Notes: generated by a model from the sequence alone, not told the origin. Shown: positions 11,774 through 22,028, numbered from the stretch's first letter. The stretch: 64,000 nucleotides of DNA from an uncultured delta proteobacterium (GCA_963728565.1 CAVSLC010000018.1:1-64000); one strand, 5' to 3'. Numbers and translations are program-made.

Positions 11774-12391
11774 TTGATCGACTTGGATCGCAAGATATTG
11801 GCCTTGCTCCAGGAGGACGGCCGCCTCACGAACAATGATCTGGCGGATCGGGTGAACTTGTCGCCTTCCCAGTGCTCCAGACGCCGGCAGAAGCTGGAGG
11901 AGCAGGGCATAATTCGCGGCTATCGCGCAATTCTGGACCATGACAGGCTTGGATTGCCCCTCATCAATATGATTTCCGTGACCCTGGCGAAGCACAACAG
12001 GGACAACGCGCGCCACTTCGCGGAACTTGTGGTCAGGCTGCCCCAGGTGCTCGAAGCGCACGCCCTGACCGGCGATATGGACTACATACTGAAAGTGATC
12101 ACCCCGGACCTGAAGTCGTTGTCGAGTTTTGTCAACGATGTTCTCCTGCCGCATAACTCCGTTCAGCATGTTAAGACGTCGGTTGTTCTCGAAACGCTCA
12201 AGGACAATGGCGTCTTGCCCGTCGAATTCGCACGACCTTGTCAAGCCCGTCAAATGAATGACCGAGCCCGCATCAATGTTGCTGGCCTCGTCGACGAAAA
12301 AGTCGACTGGTTAGCCGAGGCAATCATTCAGAGCAAAGATCAGGATTCTATTAGTGGCGCTCCCGCGCTTAGGCGGCTCGGTGCGGCCTGA
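11774..12391 (+). CDS. Lrp/AsnC regulator divergent from hppD (3' end uncertain)
   Basis: LDRKILALLQEDGRLTN, TGDMDY. Confidence 0.9.
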   Translation: MIDLDRKILALLQEDGRLTNNDLADRVNLSPSQCSRRRQKLEEQGIIRGYRAILDHDRLGLPLINMISVTLAKHNRDNARHFAELVVRLPQVLEAHALTGDMDYILKVITPDLKSLSSFVNDVLLPHNSVQHVKTSVVLETLKDNGVLPVEFARPCQARQMNDRARINVAGLVDEKVDWLAEAIIQSKDQDSISGAPALRRLGAA

Positions 12392-12824
12392 GTTGTCGCA
12401 GAGAATCTCGTCTAAGCGGTCCATGCCATCGAGAAGCGATTTGGCGTGCGGTCCCAATCGCTTCAACAGAGCCTTTTCGAACGCGAGCGCGCGCGGCACG
12501 ATAGCCGAGTATGTTTGTCGACCTAACGGCGTCAGCGACAGAAAATCCTCGCGCCTGTCGTCAGGGTTCTGGCGGCGAGCGAGCCAGCGCCTGGTCTCCA
12601 ATGCGCTAACAGCGCGACTGACCTTTGTCTTGTGCATGGATGAATGAGCGCCGATCGACTTGGCGCTCATTTCCTCGAACTCGCCAAGGGTCGCGAGCAC
12701 CCGCCACTCTGGAACCGTGAGATCGTGGTGTGGGCCATAGACCCGGCGAAAGTCGCGCGAGACTTGGGCAGCGGCACAATTGAGCCGATACGGGAGGAAG
12801 TCTCTCGAGTAACAACTTCTGCAT
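12311..12824 (-). CDS. MarR family regulator divergent from hmgA (frameshift near 5' end)
   Basis: [29 protein letters not shown]. Confidence 0.85.
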
Positions 12825-12827
12825 GCG

Positions 12828-12877
12828 TTGATGGTTACATTTTTGATGGTTACATTTTTGATGGTTGCAGATGTAAC
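12828..12877. repeat. 15-bp tandem repeat plus quasi-palindrome in the MarR/hmgA promoter
   Basis: TTGATGGTTACATTT x2, then TTGATG-GTTGCAGATGTAAC. Confidence 0.8.
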
Positions 12878-12898
12878 TTACTGATGGAGGAGCTTGCC

Positions 12899-14257
12899 AT
12901 GAATATCTACCGTTCTGATGCTGGCAAGGGAGGTCGTGACACAGGAGAGAGCGCCATCCAGGCAGGATACATGTCCGGCTTCGGCAACGGCTTCGAGACC
13001 GAGGCGCTGCCAGGCGCACTCCCGATCGGCCGAAATTCTCCGCAGCAATGTGCGTACGGCCTTTATGCGGAGCAGCTTTCCGGCTCGCCTTTCACCGCGC
13101 CGCGAACCACCAATGAGCGTTCCTGGCTTTATCGTATCCGTCCGACCGTTGCCCATTGGGGCGAGTTCAGGAAGACGGAGATTGGATTCTGGCGCACCGC
13201 GCCGGCGCCCGAAGTCGAGGTGCCGATCGCGCCAATGCGCTGGGATCCCATCCCGATTCCGGCCGAACCGCTCACTTTTGTCGAAGGCATACGCACGCTG
13301 ACGACTGCGGGCGATGCGGGAAGTGCGGCCGGCATGGGCGCGCATGTCTATCTCGTCACACGCTCCATGAAGGACGAGTATTTCTACAATGCTGACGGCG
13401 AACTGCTGATGGTGCCGCAGCAGGGCGAACTGCGCCTGTGGACCGAATTTGGCATCATCGACATCGAGCCGGGCGAGATCGCCGTAATTCCGCGCGGCGT
13501 GAAGATGCGTGTCGAGCTGCGCGGCGGGCCGGCGCGCGGCTACATCTGCGAAAACTATGGCGGCGCGCTGACATTGCCCGAGCGTGGACCGATTGGCGCC
13601 AACTGCATGGCCAATCCGCGCGACTTCCACACGCCGGTCGCCGCCTACGAGGACCGCGATGCTCCGTCGAAGATGTTCGTCAAATGGAGCGGCAACCTTT
13701 GGGTGGCCGACATCGATCATTCTCCACTCGACGTTGTCGCTTGGCATGGCAATTACGCCCCGTACAAATACGACCTGCGTCGCTATTCGCCGGTTGGACC
13801 GGTCCTCTACGACCACGCGGACCCGTCGATCTTCACGGTGCTGACGTCGCCGTCGGAGACGCCAGGCACGGCCAATATCGACTTCGTCCTGTTCTCCGAC
13901 CGTTGGCTTGTCGCCGAGAACACGTTCCGACCGCCTTGGTACCATATGAACGTGATGAGCGAGTTCATGGGGCTCGTGTACGGCCAGTACGACGCAAAGA
14001 CAGGGGGTGGCTTCGTGCCCGGCGGCGCCTCGCTGCACAATACCATGCTGCCGCATGGTCCGGACGTAGATGCCTTCGAGAGGGCGAGCAGTGTCGAACT
14101 CAAGCCGCACCGGCTCGAAGGCACCATGGCCTTCATGTTCGAGACCCGCTTTCCGCAGCGTGTCACGAAGTTCGCGGTCGAGGGCGGGGCATTCCAGAAG
14201 GACTATGCCGCGTACGGCCACAAGCTGACGAGACATTTTGACCCGAACCGTCGATAG
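12899..14257 (+). CDS. hmgA: Homogentisate 1,2-dioxygenase
   Basis: [38 protein letters not shown]. Confidence 0.97.
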   Translation: MNIYRSDAGKGGRDTGESAIQAGYMSGFGNGFETEALPGALPIGRNSPQQCAYGLYAEQLSGSPFTAPRTTNERSWLYRIRPTVAHWGEFRKTEIGFWRTAPAPEVEVPIAPMRWDPIPIPAEPLTFVEGIRTLTTAGDAGSAAGMGAHVYLVTRSMKDEYFYNADGELLMVPQQGELRLWTEFGIIDIEPGEIAVIPRGVKMRVELRGGPARGYICENYGGALTLPERGPIGANCMANPRDFHTPVAAYEDRDAPSKMFVKWSGNLWVADIDHSPLDVVAWHGNYAPYKYDLRRYSPVGPVLYDHADPSIFTVLTSPSETPGTANIDFVLFSDRWLVAENTFRPPWYHMNVMSEFMGLVYGQYDAKTGGGFVPGGASLHNTMLPHGPDVDAFERASSVELKPHRLEGTMAFMFETRFPQRVTKFAVEGGAFQKDYAAYGHKLTRHFDPNRR

Positions 14258-14263
14258 CCGCGC

Positions 14264-14287
14264 ATGACGCAGATTGATAAGACCCAC
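14264..14287 (+). pseudogene. First 8 codons of a probable fumarylacetoacetase, cut at the junction
   Basis: MTQIDKTH directly after hmgA resembles FahA N-termini. Confidence 0.45.
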
Positions 14288-15126
14288 ATTTGCTCTCGTT
14301 GATTCAGAATTGGCTGATCGGTCCATTGCTGATGTTCGGTCTTGCCGTCCTGTTCCTGCAAAATTATTCCGAATACATGACCGGTTTGATTTTAATCGGC
14401 TTGGCCCGCTGTATTGCTATGGTGATTGTCTGAATCAGTTGGCGGAAGGCGACAATCAGTACGTCGCGGCACTCGTCGCATTCAATAGTATATTCCAGCT
14501 GCTGTTTTTCACCGTATACGCATGGCTTTTCCTCACTGTCTTGCCTCCGGTTTTCGGATTGGGCGGGCAAATTGTTGACGTAAGTTTTCGCACCATCGCG
14601 GAGAGCATATTTATTTATCTCGGTATTCCTTTTCTGGCGGGGTTTTTGTCACGTCTTATTCTGATTAAAAAGAAGGGGCAAGAATGGTATGAGCAACGTT
14701 TTCTGCCAAAGATCGGACCGGTCACATTGATGGCTCTCTTGTTCACGATCTTCGCCATGTTCTCACTTAAGGGAGATATGGTGTTAAAGCTACCCCTGGA
14801 CGTGATCCGTATCGCTATTCCACTGGCAATTTATTTTGTCATTATGTTCTTTGTCAGTTTCATCATGGGCAAATCGATCGGTGCCGATTACGGCAAAACC
14901 ACCGCCGCTGCTTTACGCAGCCAGCAATAACTTTGAGCTTGCGATTGCCGTCGCCATCGCCGCGTTCGGTCTTGGCTCGCCGATCGGGTTTGTGACGGTC
15001 ATCGGCCCCTTGGTCGAAGTGCCGGTTCTAATCAGTCTCGTCAGCGTAGCGTTCTGGTTTAGGGGCAAGTGGTTTCTTCCGGTGCGGGCAAATCAAATGT
15101 CGGCGGAGCGCAGAGGTGCTTCGTAA
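14288..15126 (+). CDS. acr3: ACR3 arsenite efflux transporter (5'-truncated, frameshifted)
   Basis: [45 protein letters not shown]. Confidence 0.9.
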
Positions 15127-15208
15127 TCGGGACTTGGCCAAATCCTCCTAAAGGAAGTTTCGGCCCTGTTGAAAAAGTATCCGTCATAAGGCAAGGTTTG
15201 AACTGTCA

Positions 15209-15597
15209 ATGAAACGTTTGCTGCTCATCACCTGCTGTTTCCTGGTCGTATTCGCCGGCGCGGCTGCAGCGTGGGAGAGCTGCAAGCAGATTTCAATTGC
15301 ATCCGACGATCATCACCGCTCGGTTCCGGCACACGGACACGATCATCACTCCGACTCCGATCACCACACTCCGACAATAGTGCGATCCATTGTCCGCCTA
15401 TTGGGGACTATCTTGTGACGGCCACTTTCACCATTAGCCCCGACCAACGAGTAGAACGCTTGCCTGAGACTCTGGTGGGTGAACTGGTTTCTCAGTTTAT
15501 CGACGATGGCCTTTATCGTTTGATCCACGGCCCTCCGGGGTCTGCTCATCCACGCATAATTCCTCCATATCTCATGCTTTCGGTTCTGCGCATCTAG
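15209..15597 (+). CDS. His-rich exported leader-type protein ending HGPP...LRI (frameshift near 15367)
   Basis: Signal peptide, HGHDHHSDSDHH, IHC, C-terminal IHGPPGSAHPRIIPPYLMLSVLRI. Confidence 0.6.
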
Positions 15598-15713
15598 GAC
15601 CAGCTTCCCCTTTCGTCCATTCTCCGCAGTTGTTCCATAGTTTTAATTAACCATCGTCACCGCGGTTCGCGGTTGACGGTGACCATGGTCGTCATCAGAG
15701 CGAGAGTTTATTT

Positions 15714-16409
15714 ATGTCATTCCAAGGCTTACTCCGAGTGTCATGTTTTCTGATCAGTAGCGCATTGTTAGCTTTACCGCTTCAGTCTTTTGCTTCGAAA
15801 CACACCAAAAAGACAACGCCAAATGCAGCCGATATGCATCATCCGATCGGGTGGCGATTTACCATGCCCAAGGGTGATGCAGCCAAGGGCAGGGCGGTCT
15901 TCGAAAAATTTGAGTGTCATTACTGCCACGAAGTACGCGGCGAAAACTTTCCTTCTCCCACCGAAAATGCGCCCGAGCTCAGCCAGATGGGCGGCCTGCA
16001 TCCCGTTGAGTTCTTCGCGGAGTCCATCATGAATCCGAACGCAGTTGTTCCCAAAAACTATCGTGATGCAGAGGGTCAGTCGCCGATGTCAGACTTCACC
16101 GAAAAAATGACCGTCCGAGAGCTTATCGATGTATCTGCGTATATTGCGTCACTTCGTCCCAAGGGATCACCGAAGACTGTCGCCGGGGTCGGAAAAGTAA
16201 TCGCGGTCATCGGCGACAAAGGTGAGGTCGTAATCGAGCACGGCGAGATCAAAGGATTTATGGATGCGATGACCATGGGATACAAAGTAACCCCTCCGTC
16301 ACTGGTTAAGACGATCAGCCAAGGTGATCAGATTCAGTTCACCATCGATACCGAGCGCAATGTGATCACCCGCATCGAAAAGAAATCCTCACCGGCAGCA
16401 CGGAAGTAG
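15714..16409 (+). CDS. Monoheme cytochrome c fused to a CusF-like copper-binding domain
   Basis: Signal peptide, GDAAKG..F..CHYCH, ESIMNP; C-terminal HGEIKGFMDAMTM. Confidence 0.8.
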   Translation: MSFQGLLRVSCFLISSALLALPLQSFASKHTKKTTPNAADMHHPIGWRFTMPKGDAAKGRAVFEKFECHYCHEVRGENFPSPTENAPELSQMGGLHPVEFFAESIMNPNAVVPKNYRDAEGQSPMSDFTEKMTVRELIDVSAYIASLRPKGSPKTVAGVGKVIAVIGDKGEVVIEHGEIKGFMDAMTMGYKVTPPSLVKTISQGDQIQFTIDTERNVITRIEKKSSPAARK

Positions 16410-16411
16410 TC

Positions 16412-16957
16412 ATGGCTACCATTGAAACCCAATTACTAGAAAATGTTCGGGAGTTTACCGCCTTCGCGCGCAAGCGCCTGCGCGACCCGGAGCTTGCGGC
16501 TGACGTTGTGCAGGAAAGTCTTCTCAAGGCCTTGAGATCGTCCGATCAGCTCCGCGACGAAGAAAACGCCAAAGCCTGGTTCTACCGCATCCTCCGCCGA
16601 ACCATTATCGACCTTTACCGGCGCCATGACGTGCGGGACCGCGCACTAGAAGATTTAGAGCGGGAACTGGACGGAGTTCAGAACGGTGAGGAAGAGCTCG
16701 TCGTTTGCAGCTGCATGGAGCGCCTGCTGCCGCGAATGGCGGCGCAGTACTCCGAGCTGATCCGCCGGATCGACTTGAATGAGGAGAATTCTGATCTAGT
16801 CGCGGCCGAGTTGGGCATTACAAAGAACAATTTGAACGTGCGGCTTCACCGGGCGCGCCAACAGCTCAAGAGCCGTTTGGAAGAGAATTGTCGGGTCTGC
16901 GCAAAGCACGGTTGCCTCGATTGCCACTGCGGAAGCTCTAACGGGCCAGCAGTGTAA
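16412..16957 (+). CDS. ECF sigma factor with CxC linker and C-terminal Cys-rich domain (CorE-like)
   Basis: DVVQE, AWFYRI, VRLHRAR; CSC; CRVCAKHGCLDCHC. Confidence 0.85.
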   Translation: MATIETQLLENVREFTAFARKRLRDPELAADVVQESLLKALRSSDQLRDEENAKAWFYRILRRTIIDLYRRHDVRDRALEDLERELDGVQNGEEELVVCSCMERLLPRMAAQYSELIRRIDLNEENSDLVAAELGITKNNLNVRLHRARQQLKSRLEENCRVCAKHGCLDCHCGSSNGPAV

Positions 16958-16978
16958 TTGCCCGAGACGACGTGCGTC
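16952..16978 (+). promoter_or_regulatory. Putative ECF promoter GTGTAAT-N14-TGCGTC
   Basis: Same elements and spacing recur upstream of copA at 29762. Confidence 0.65.
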
Positions 16979-17009
16979 TGCACGAACAGATCAAAGGAAG
17001 GATAAGATT

Positions 17010-17468
17010 ATGACATTGAAAACAGTTGTCTCCCTAGCGTCCTTTGCTGTCATGTCCGGTTGCGCCTCCTACGAGCTGCCGCCCTTCGTCCAACACCACC
17101 CAGCCAGCGTCCAAGCGGCGGCATCGGCTTCACGACCGAGATCGAAAACCCTCGAATATTCGCGCGCGGACATGCCTGCCATAGCGGCCGCTGCGGCGGC
17201 GCAGGAAGGTCACCAGGATCATCAAAGTTCGGAACCGGGAGCGCCGCAAAAGACCGCGGTCGGAGAAGGCAAAGTGATTGCAACGGTGCCGGGCGCAAAT
17301 CAGGTGGTGGTCGAGCATGGCGAGATCAAGGGCTTCATGGACGCGATGACGATGGGGTATCGAGTCGAGCCGCCGTCGTTGCTCGAAGGGCTCCAATCCG
17401 GCGATCAGGTGCGGTTCACTATCGATGTACCGAGGAAAGCCATCATCAAAATTGAAAAGAAGAAATGA
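17010..17468 (+). CDS. CusF-like copper-binding lipoprotein
   Basis: Lipobox-like MSGC; HGEIKGFMDAMTM. Confidence 0.8.
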   Translation: MTLKTVVSLASFAVMSGCASYELPPFVQHHPASVQAAASASRPRSKTLEYSRADMPAIAAAAAAQEGHQDHQSSEPGAPQKTAVGEGKVIATVPGANQVVVEHGEIKGFMDAMTMGYRVEPPSLLEGLQSGDQVRFTIDVPRKAIIKIEKKK

Positions 17469-17505
17469 TCGCCGTCAGAGGATAGGCCGATTGGAGATCG
17501 AAGAG

Positions 17506-18927
17506 ATGAGATGGCGGAAACATATCACGGGACTGCTGCTCGCAGGATTATTTTTGAGCGGCTGTGCATCGGTCACCCTGGACGAGGGGTTTAACGAGGT
17601 GCAGTCGGTAATCGAAAAACGCGCCCGCGCTCAGGTCGTCTGGAACAATGGCAGCGAGCTCGATCGACGGGCGGCAGATAGCGTGAAAGCGCTCCTTGCG
17701 CGATCTTTGTCTGCCGACGACGCGGTGCAGATCGCGCTGCTCAATAATCGCGCGCTGCAAGCCACCTACTCCGACCTCGGCGTTGCGCAGGCAGATCTGG
17801 TGCAAGCAGGACTTCTCTCGAATCCCATCTTCGATGCCTCGGTTATGTTTCCCGTGCGCGGCGGCGGTCGTCCGGATTTGGAACTTGGCGCGGCGATGAA
17901 CTTTCTCAATGTCTTTTATATTCCTCTGCGCAGAAGGGTTGCGGCCGCACGGTTCGAGGAGATGAAGATCCGCGTTACCGGAGCAGTGCTGGATTTCGCG
18001 GGACAAGTCCGCGGCGCTTTTTACAACTATGAGGCGGATGAGCAAATGCTCGAATTGCGGCGCACGATCGTCGATGTGCTTGGAGCGTCCTTCGAGGTAA
18101 CGCGACGGCTTCATGAGGCGGGAAATGTTTCGGACTTGGACTTCCTACGCGACCGCGCGCAATTGGAAGCCGCCAAACTGGCGCTTAGATCCGCGGAAGT
18201 TTCGACTCGGCAGAGTCGCGAAGAGCTGAATGTACTGATGGGATTGTGGGGCGAACAGATTGAGTGGAAGAGCGCGGGCCGATTGCCCGACATCCAAGAA
18301 CCGCCGGACGGGGTAACGGATATCGAACGATTGGCCCTCGAGCGCAGTATGGAAATCGCCGCGGCCCGCCAACGCTGGAACGCCGAAGGCGAGCAGTTGG
18401 GGCTTACGCGGTGGACCGCGCTGCTGCCTGAATTCAGTGCCGGACCAAAAGCCGAACGAAACGATGGAGCTTGGGAGGTCGGTCCGAAGCTGGATTTTTT
18501 GATCCCGCTGTTCGACCAGGGACAAGCTCGCAGCGCGCGCACAGTTGCCGAGCTTCGGCGGATCGAGAACGAATACTACGCCCTCGCGGTGCGTGTTCGC
18601 TCGCGAGCCCGCGCCGTGCTCGACCGCCTGGAGGGCGCCGGCGATCGCGCCGTCTATTATCGCGACATTTTATTGCCGCTCCATGAGCGGATCGTCAACG
18701 AAACTCAGCTGCAGTACAACGCGATGCAGCTCGGTCCGTTGCAACTTTTGCGCGCGCGCGAGCAGCAGATCGAGACCGCGGTCTCTTACATCGGCGCGCT
18801 GCGCGACTATTGGTTCGCCCGCGCCGACATCGCCCAGCTGTTGAGCGGCCGACTGCCAGGCGCGCCGACAGCGCCCTCGAGAGGAGCGACGGGGCAGACC
18901 GGCAGGAGCGTAAGCGAAGGGCACTAA
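17506..18927 (+). CDS. TolC-family outer membrane lipoprotein associated with copper oxidase
   Basis: LSGC lipobox, AVQIALLNN, ADLVQAGLLSNP, LQYNAM. Confidence 0.85.
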   Translation: MRWRKHITGLLLAGLFLSGCASVTLDEGFNEVQSVIEKRARAQVVWNNGSELDRRAADSVKALLARSLSADDAVQIALLNNRALQATYSDLGVAQADLVQAGLLSNPIFDASVMFPVRGGGRPDLELGAAMNFLNVFYIPLRRRVAAARFEEMKIRVTGAVLDFAGQVRGAFYNYEADEQMLELRRTIVDVLGASFEVTRRLHEAGNVSDLDFLRDRAQLEAAKLALRSAEVSTRQSREELNVLMGLWGEQIEWKSAGRLPDIQEPPDGVTDIERLALERSMEIAAARQRWNAEGEQLGLTRWTALLPEFSAGPKAERNDGAWEVGPKLDFLIPLFDQGQARSARTVAELRRIENEYYALAVRVRSRARAVLDRLEGAGDRAVYYRDILLPLHERIVNETQLQYNAMQLGPLQLLRAREQQIETAVSYIGALRDYWFARADIAQLLSGRLPGAPTAPSRGATGQTGRSVSEGH

Positions 18928-18948
18928 TTGACTCGAAGGAGGGAAGAA

Positions 18949-20421
18949 ATGAGCGGCAAGATATCGCGACGCCAGATGTTGAGCATCGGCGCCGCAACCA
19001 TAGCCGGCGCGGCGTTATCGAAGAGCGCGGCGCACGCGATCAATCACGCTGGCGGATCGGATTACCGGCCGTTCAGGGGTTATAACCCGGCGCGCGGCGG
19101 GGATAGGCCGTATTGGGAGAAAAGCTATAGCGGAGGACCCGTCGATGTTAAACCGCTGCCGCCGGTTCTTCCGGGGCGCGGTTACAAACCCGTCGTCGTT
19201 CCAAACGGCACGGCGCTCCCGTTCAAGATTGTCGACGGAGTCAAAGTTTTCCATCTCATTGCCGAAGAAGTAAATCATGAATTCGATCCTGGTTTGCGCG
19301 CCAAATGTTGGGGATTCAATGGCCGTGTGAACAGCACCGTCATTGAGGCGGTCGAAGGCGAGCGGGTGCGCATCTACGTGACCAACCGTTTGCCCGTCGC
19401 GACTTCGGTACACTGGCACGGCTTCAATCTACCCAATGGCATGGACGGCGTTGGCGGACTCACCCAGCCCTATATCAAGGCCGGCGACACAGTGAAGTAC
19501 GAGTTCACTGTGCGCCAGTACGGCACCCAGATGTTTCACTCGCATCATGACGAGATGACACAGATGGGCATGGGCATGATCGGCATGTTCATCGTCCACC
19601 CGAGAAGTCCGCGCCCCGAGCAGGTCGTCGATCGAGACTTCTCCTTGATGATTAGCGAGTGGTCGATTCCCGCCGGAACTTCGCGGCCGAACACGGTGGA
19701 AATGACCGACTTCAACGTGCTCACGATCAACGGTAAAGTTTTTCCCTCGACGGCGCCATTGATCTGCAGGACCGGCGACAAAGTGCGTATCCGCCTTGGC
19801 AACCTCGGAGCCACGGATCACCACCCCATGCACATCCACGGACATCACTTTCGTGTAACTGCGACGGACGGCGAGGAGATTCCGCTGTCGGCGCAGTGGC
19901 CGGAATCGACGGTGCTCGTCGCCGTCGGCCAAACACGGAACATAGAATTCATTTCAGACGCTCCAGGCGACTGGGCCTTTCACTGCCACATGACGCACCA
20001 TGTGATGAATCAGATGGGTCATGACTTTCCCAACATGGTGGGTGTCAAACCGGACGGGCTGGATGAAAAACTCCGTCCTCTTTTTCCGGCGTACATGACT
20101 ATGGGACACATGGGAATGGATATGGGTAAGATGGCTGAGGCGATGCCGTACCCACGCAATACAATCTCAATGAAAGGCGCAACGGGGCCTTTCGGGGATT
20201 ACATCTCTATGGGCGGGCTATTCACAGTTTTAAAAGTCCGCGATGGTTTGAAGAGCTACGACGAAGACCCGGGTTGGTATCAACATCCAGCGGGAACCGT
20301 AGCGCTCAAAGCCACTGATGAGGAACTGCGCCGGGACGGCATCGATGTCAGTGAGGCCATACTTACTCGCGATTCTCGCTCGATTCCGTCAAAGAAAGAC
20401 GACCGTCACGCAGGTCATTAG
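18949..20421 (+). CDS. Tat-exported multicopper oxidase
   Basis: SRRQML; HWHG, HSH, HPMHIHGH, HCHMTHH. Confidence 0.92.
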   Translation: MSGKISRRQMLSIGAATIAGAALSKSAAHAINHAGGSDYRPFRGYNPARGGDRPYWEKSYSGGPVDVKPLPPVLPGRGYKPVVVPNGTALPFKIVDGVKVFHLIAEEVNHEFDPGLRAKCWGFNGRVNSTVIEAVEGERVRIYVTNRLPVATSVHWHGFNLPNGMDGVGGLTQPYIKAGDTVKYEFTVRQYGTQMFHSHHDEMTQMGMGMIGMFIVHPRSPRPEQVVDRDFSLMISEWSIPAGTSRPNTVEMTDFNVLTINGKVFPSTAPLICRTGDKVRIRLGNLGATDHHPMHIHGHHFRVTATDGEEIPLSAQWPESTVLVAVGQTRNIEFISDAPGDWAFHCHMTHHVMNQMGHDFPNMVGVKPDGLDEKLRPLFPAYMTMGHMGMDMGKMAEAMPYPRNTISMKGATGPFGDYISMGGLFTVLKVRDGLKSYDEDPGWYQHPAGTVALKATDEELRRDGIDVSEAILTRDSRSIPSKKDDRHAGH

Positions 20422-20596
20422 ATCGGTTGGAGTCTTCAGCAAATCGGATGATGTTAGCTAAGGTTTCCGGTACGGCAGCTTTTTTCGGAGGTCGTTAACA
20501 AACATTGCGCAGCATTATTTCGATGACCGATCGATGCGGGTTTAGCATCTAATGCCGCATATTTTTGAAATATTCTGGTCCGGGAGGGAACTCAGT

Positions 20597-21008
20597 ATGA
20601 AAGTCTTCAAGCTTCTTCTGATAACGATCGCTCTGGGGTTTGTAATGATGAGCGGCACAATTTCGAGCGCAGCAGCATCCGACCCAACGCAAACTGTGGC
20701 AGGAGGCGGTGTTACAGCAAAAGCGACTTTCTTGAATCCGAAAGGTGCCGAGGGTCCCCGGTTTCAGGTGGTGCTCGACACGCACTCTGTCAATCTCGAC
20801 GCGTACAATTTCAAGAACATCGCCGTTATGCGTGATGATGCCGGCGACAGCTATGTCCCCGTTGCACTCGAAAATAAAGGTAGCGGACCAACGCGAAGCA
20901 ATAGTCTCTTTCCCGAAGATATCACCGGAATCCAAACGGATTGAGCTAGTCATCAAGGATGTTGCCGGAGTAAAAGAGAGAACGTTTGTTTGGAAACTGG
21001 ATCAATAA
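20597..21008 (+). CDS. Exported hypothetical protein of metal-resistance loci (frameshift near 20890)
   Basis: Signal peptide; LDTHSVNLD; ELVIKDVAGVKERTFVW. Confidence 0.6.
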
Positions 21009-21046
21009 AAAATCAACGTAAATCTAACAAAACAGAGGAGGATATC

Positions 21047-21484
21047 ATGAAAAAAATCGTTATGGCGGCGAGTCTATCGGCGGCTTTGGGCTTTGTTCCC
21101 GCGCTAGCGCAGGAAAAAAAGGACATGCCGATGAAAGGCGGAATGCCGGCGAAGGAAGGCATGCCGATGAAAGGCGAGGGGATGCAGGGCGGCAGCATGG
21201 ATATGAGCCAGATGAAGCAGATGCACGGTAGAATGATGGAGATGAAAAAGGGCATGGGCGGTATGATGAAGGGCCAGGGCATGATGAAGAACGAAGATAT
21301 GAAAGGCATGGGAGGGATGATGGGCGATATGTCCGATATGATGGGTGACATGGGCCACATGATGGAAAGCGGCAAGATGACGCCGGAACAGATGTCGGAG
21401 ATGTCGAAGATGATGGGTGATATGTCCGGCATGATGAAGCAGATGTCGGATCGCATGGGCCGGGGAATGAAAAAGACGCAGTAA
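21047..21484 (+). CDS. Secreted, extremely Met-rich protein
   Basis: GAGGAG RBS, signal peptide ending ALA; about 39 Met in a ~124-aa mature chain (hand count). Confidence 0.8.
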   Translation: MKKIVMAASLSAALGFVPALAQEKKDMPMKGGMPAKEGMPMKGEGMQGGSMDMSQMKQMHGRMMEMKKGMGGMMKGQGMMKNEDMKGMGGMMGDMSDMMGDMGHMMESGKMTPEQMSEMSKMMGDMSGMMKQMSDRMGRGMKKTQ

Positions 21485-21511
21485 TCTTTGGCTGCAAAAC
21501 AGGAGGTTCAG

Positions 21512-21841
21512 ATGGCTATCTGGCGCGAGGTCGCAATCGCGATCTCGATCATTTGTTTTGTGCCTGGATGGGCCTCGGCTCAGGAGCGCCCCTATGACTG
21601 GGGCTGGGGAATGCATCCGATGGGATGGATGGGAGGCATGTGGGGCATCGGCATGATGTTTATGATGTTGCTTTTCTGGTTTCTCGTCATTGCGGGTTTG
21701 ATACTCGCGGTCCGGTGGTTCCTGAATGATCAGAAGGAACGGCGCGGCCAGGACTCGGCCCTGGAGATTTTACGCCAGCGCTATGCACGCGGTGAAATCA
21801 ATAAAGAAGAGTTTGAAAGCAAGAAAAGAGATCTTAGTTGA
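21512..21841 (+). CDS. SHOCT-domain membrane protein
   Basis: WGMHPMGWMGGM, one TM helix, ALEILRQRYARGEINKEEFE. Confidence 0.85.
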   Translation: MAIWREVAIAISIICFVPGWASAQERPYDWGWGMHPMGWMGGMWGIGMMFMMLLFWFLVIAGLILAVRWFLNDQKERRGQDSALEILRQRYARGEINKEEFESKKRDLS

Positions 21842-21872
21842 TGTTGCTCAGTTCGAAGTGGCGAAGAATATT

Positions 21873-22028
21873 ATGAATACCGGAGAAATCTGCATGCAAA
21901 TGGATCGGGGCAATCTCAAACGAGCTTGTCTACTCGGGTTTCTAGCGATTGCGGTTTATTTTCTCTGGATGGAACACAGCGCCCTGATCGTGCAGTTCCT
22001 GCTTCTCCTGTTGCTGCAGGTGACTTGA
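21873..22028 (+). pseudogene. DUF2933-like remnant
   Basis: LLGFLAIAVYFLWMEH..LLLL, lacking the usual CPLMH tail. Confidence 0.4.

Noticed and set aside
1467-12824. Mass pseudogenisation or programmed frameshifting
   Set aside because: Single-base indels hit most genes while motifs stay intact and in-frame stops are lacking, which is typical of long-read error.
12828-12877. CRISPR-like repeats
   Set aside because: No spacers and no cas genes; no CRISPR array was seen anywhere in the window.
14274-14430. Novel N-terminus on ACR3 from the ORF track
   Set aside because: Out-of-frame translation; the true ACR3 sequence is in another frame until the missing base near 14432.
21013-21616. His-rich and Ile/Pro-rich minus-strand ORFs
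   Set aside because: Antisense of ATG-rich codons in the Met-rich gene.
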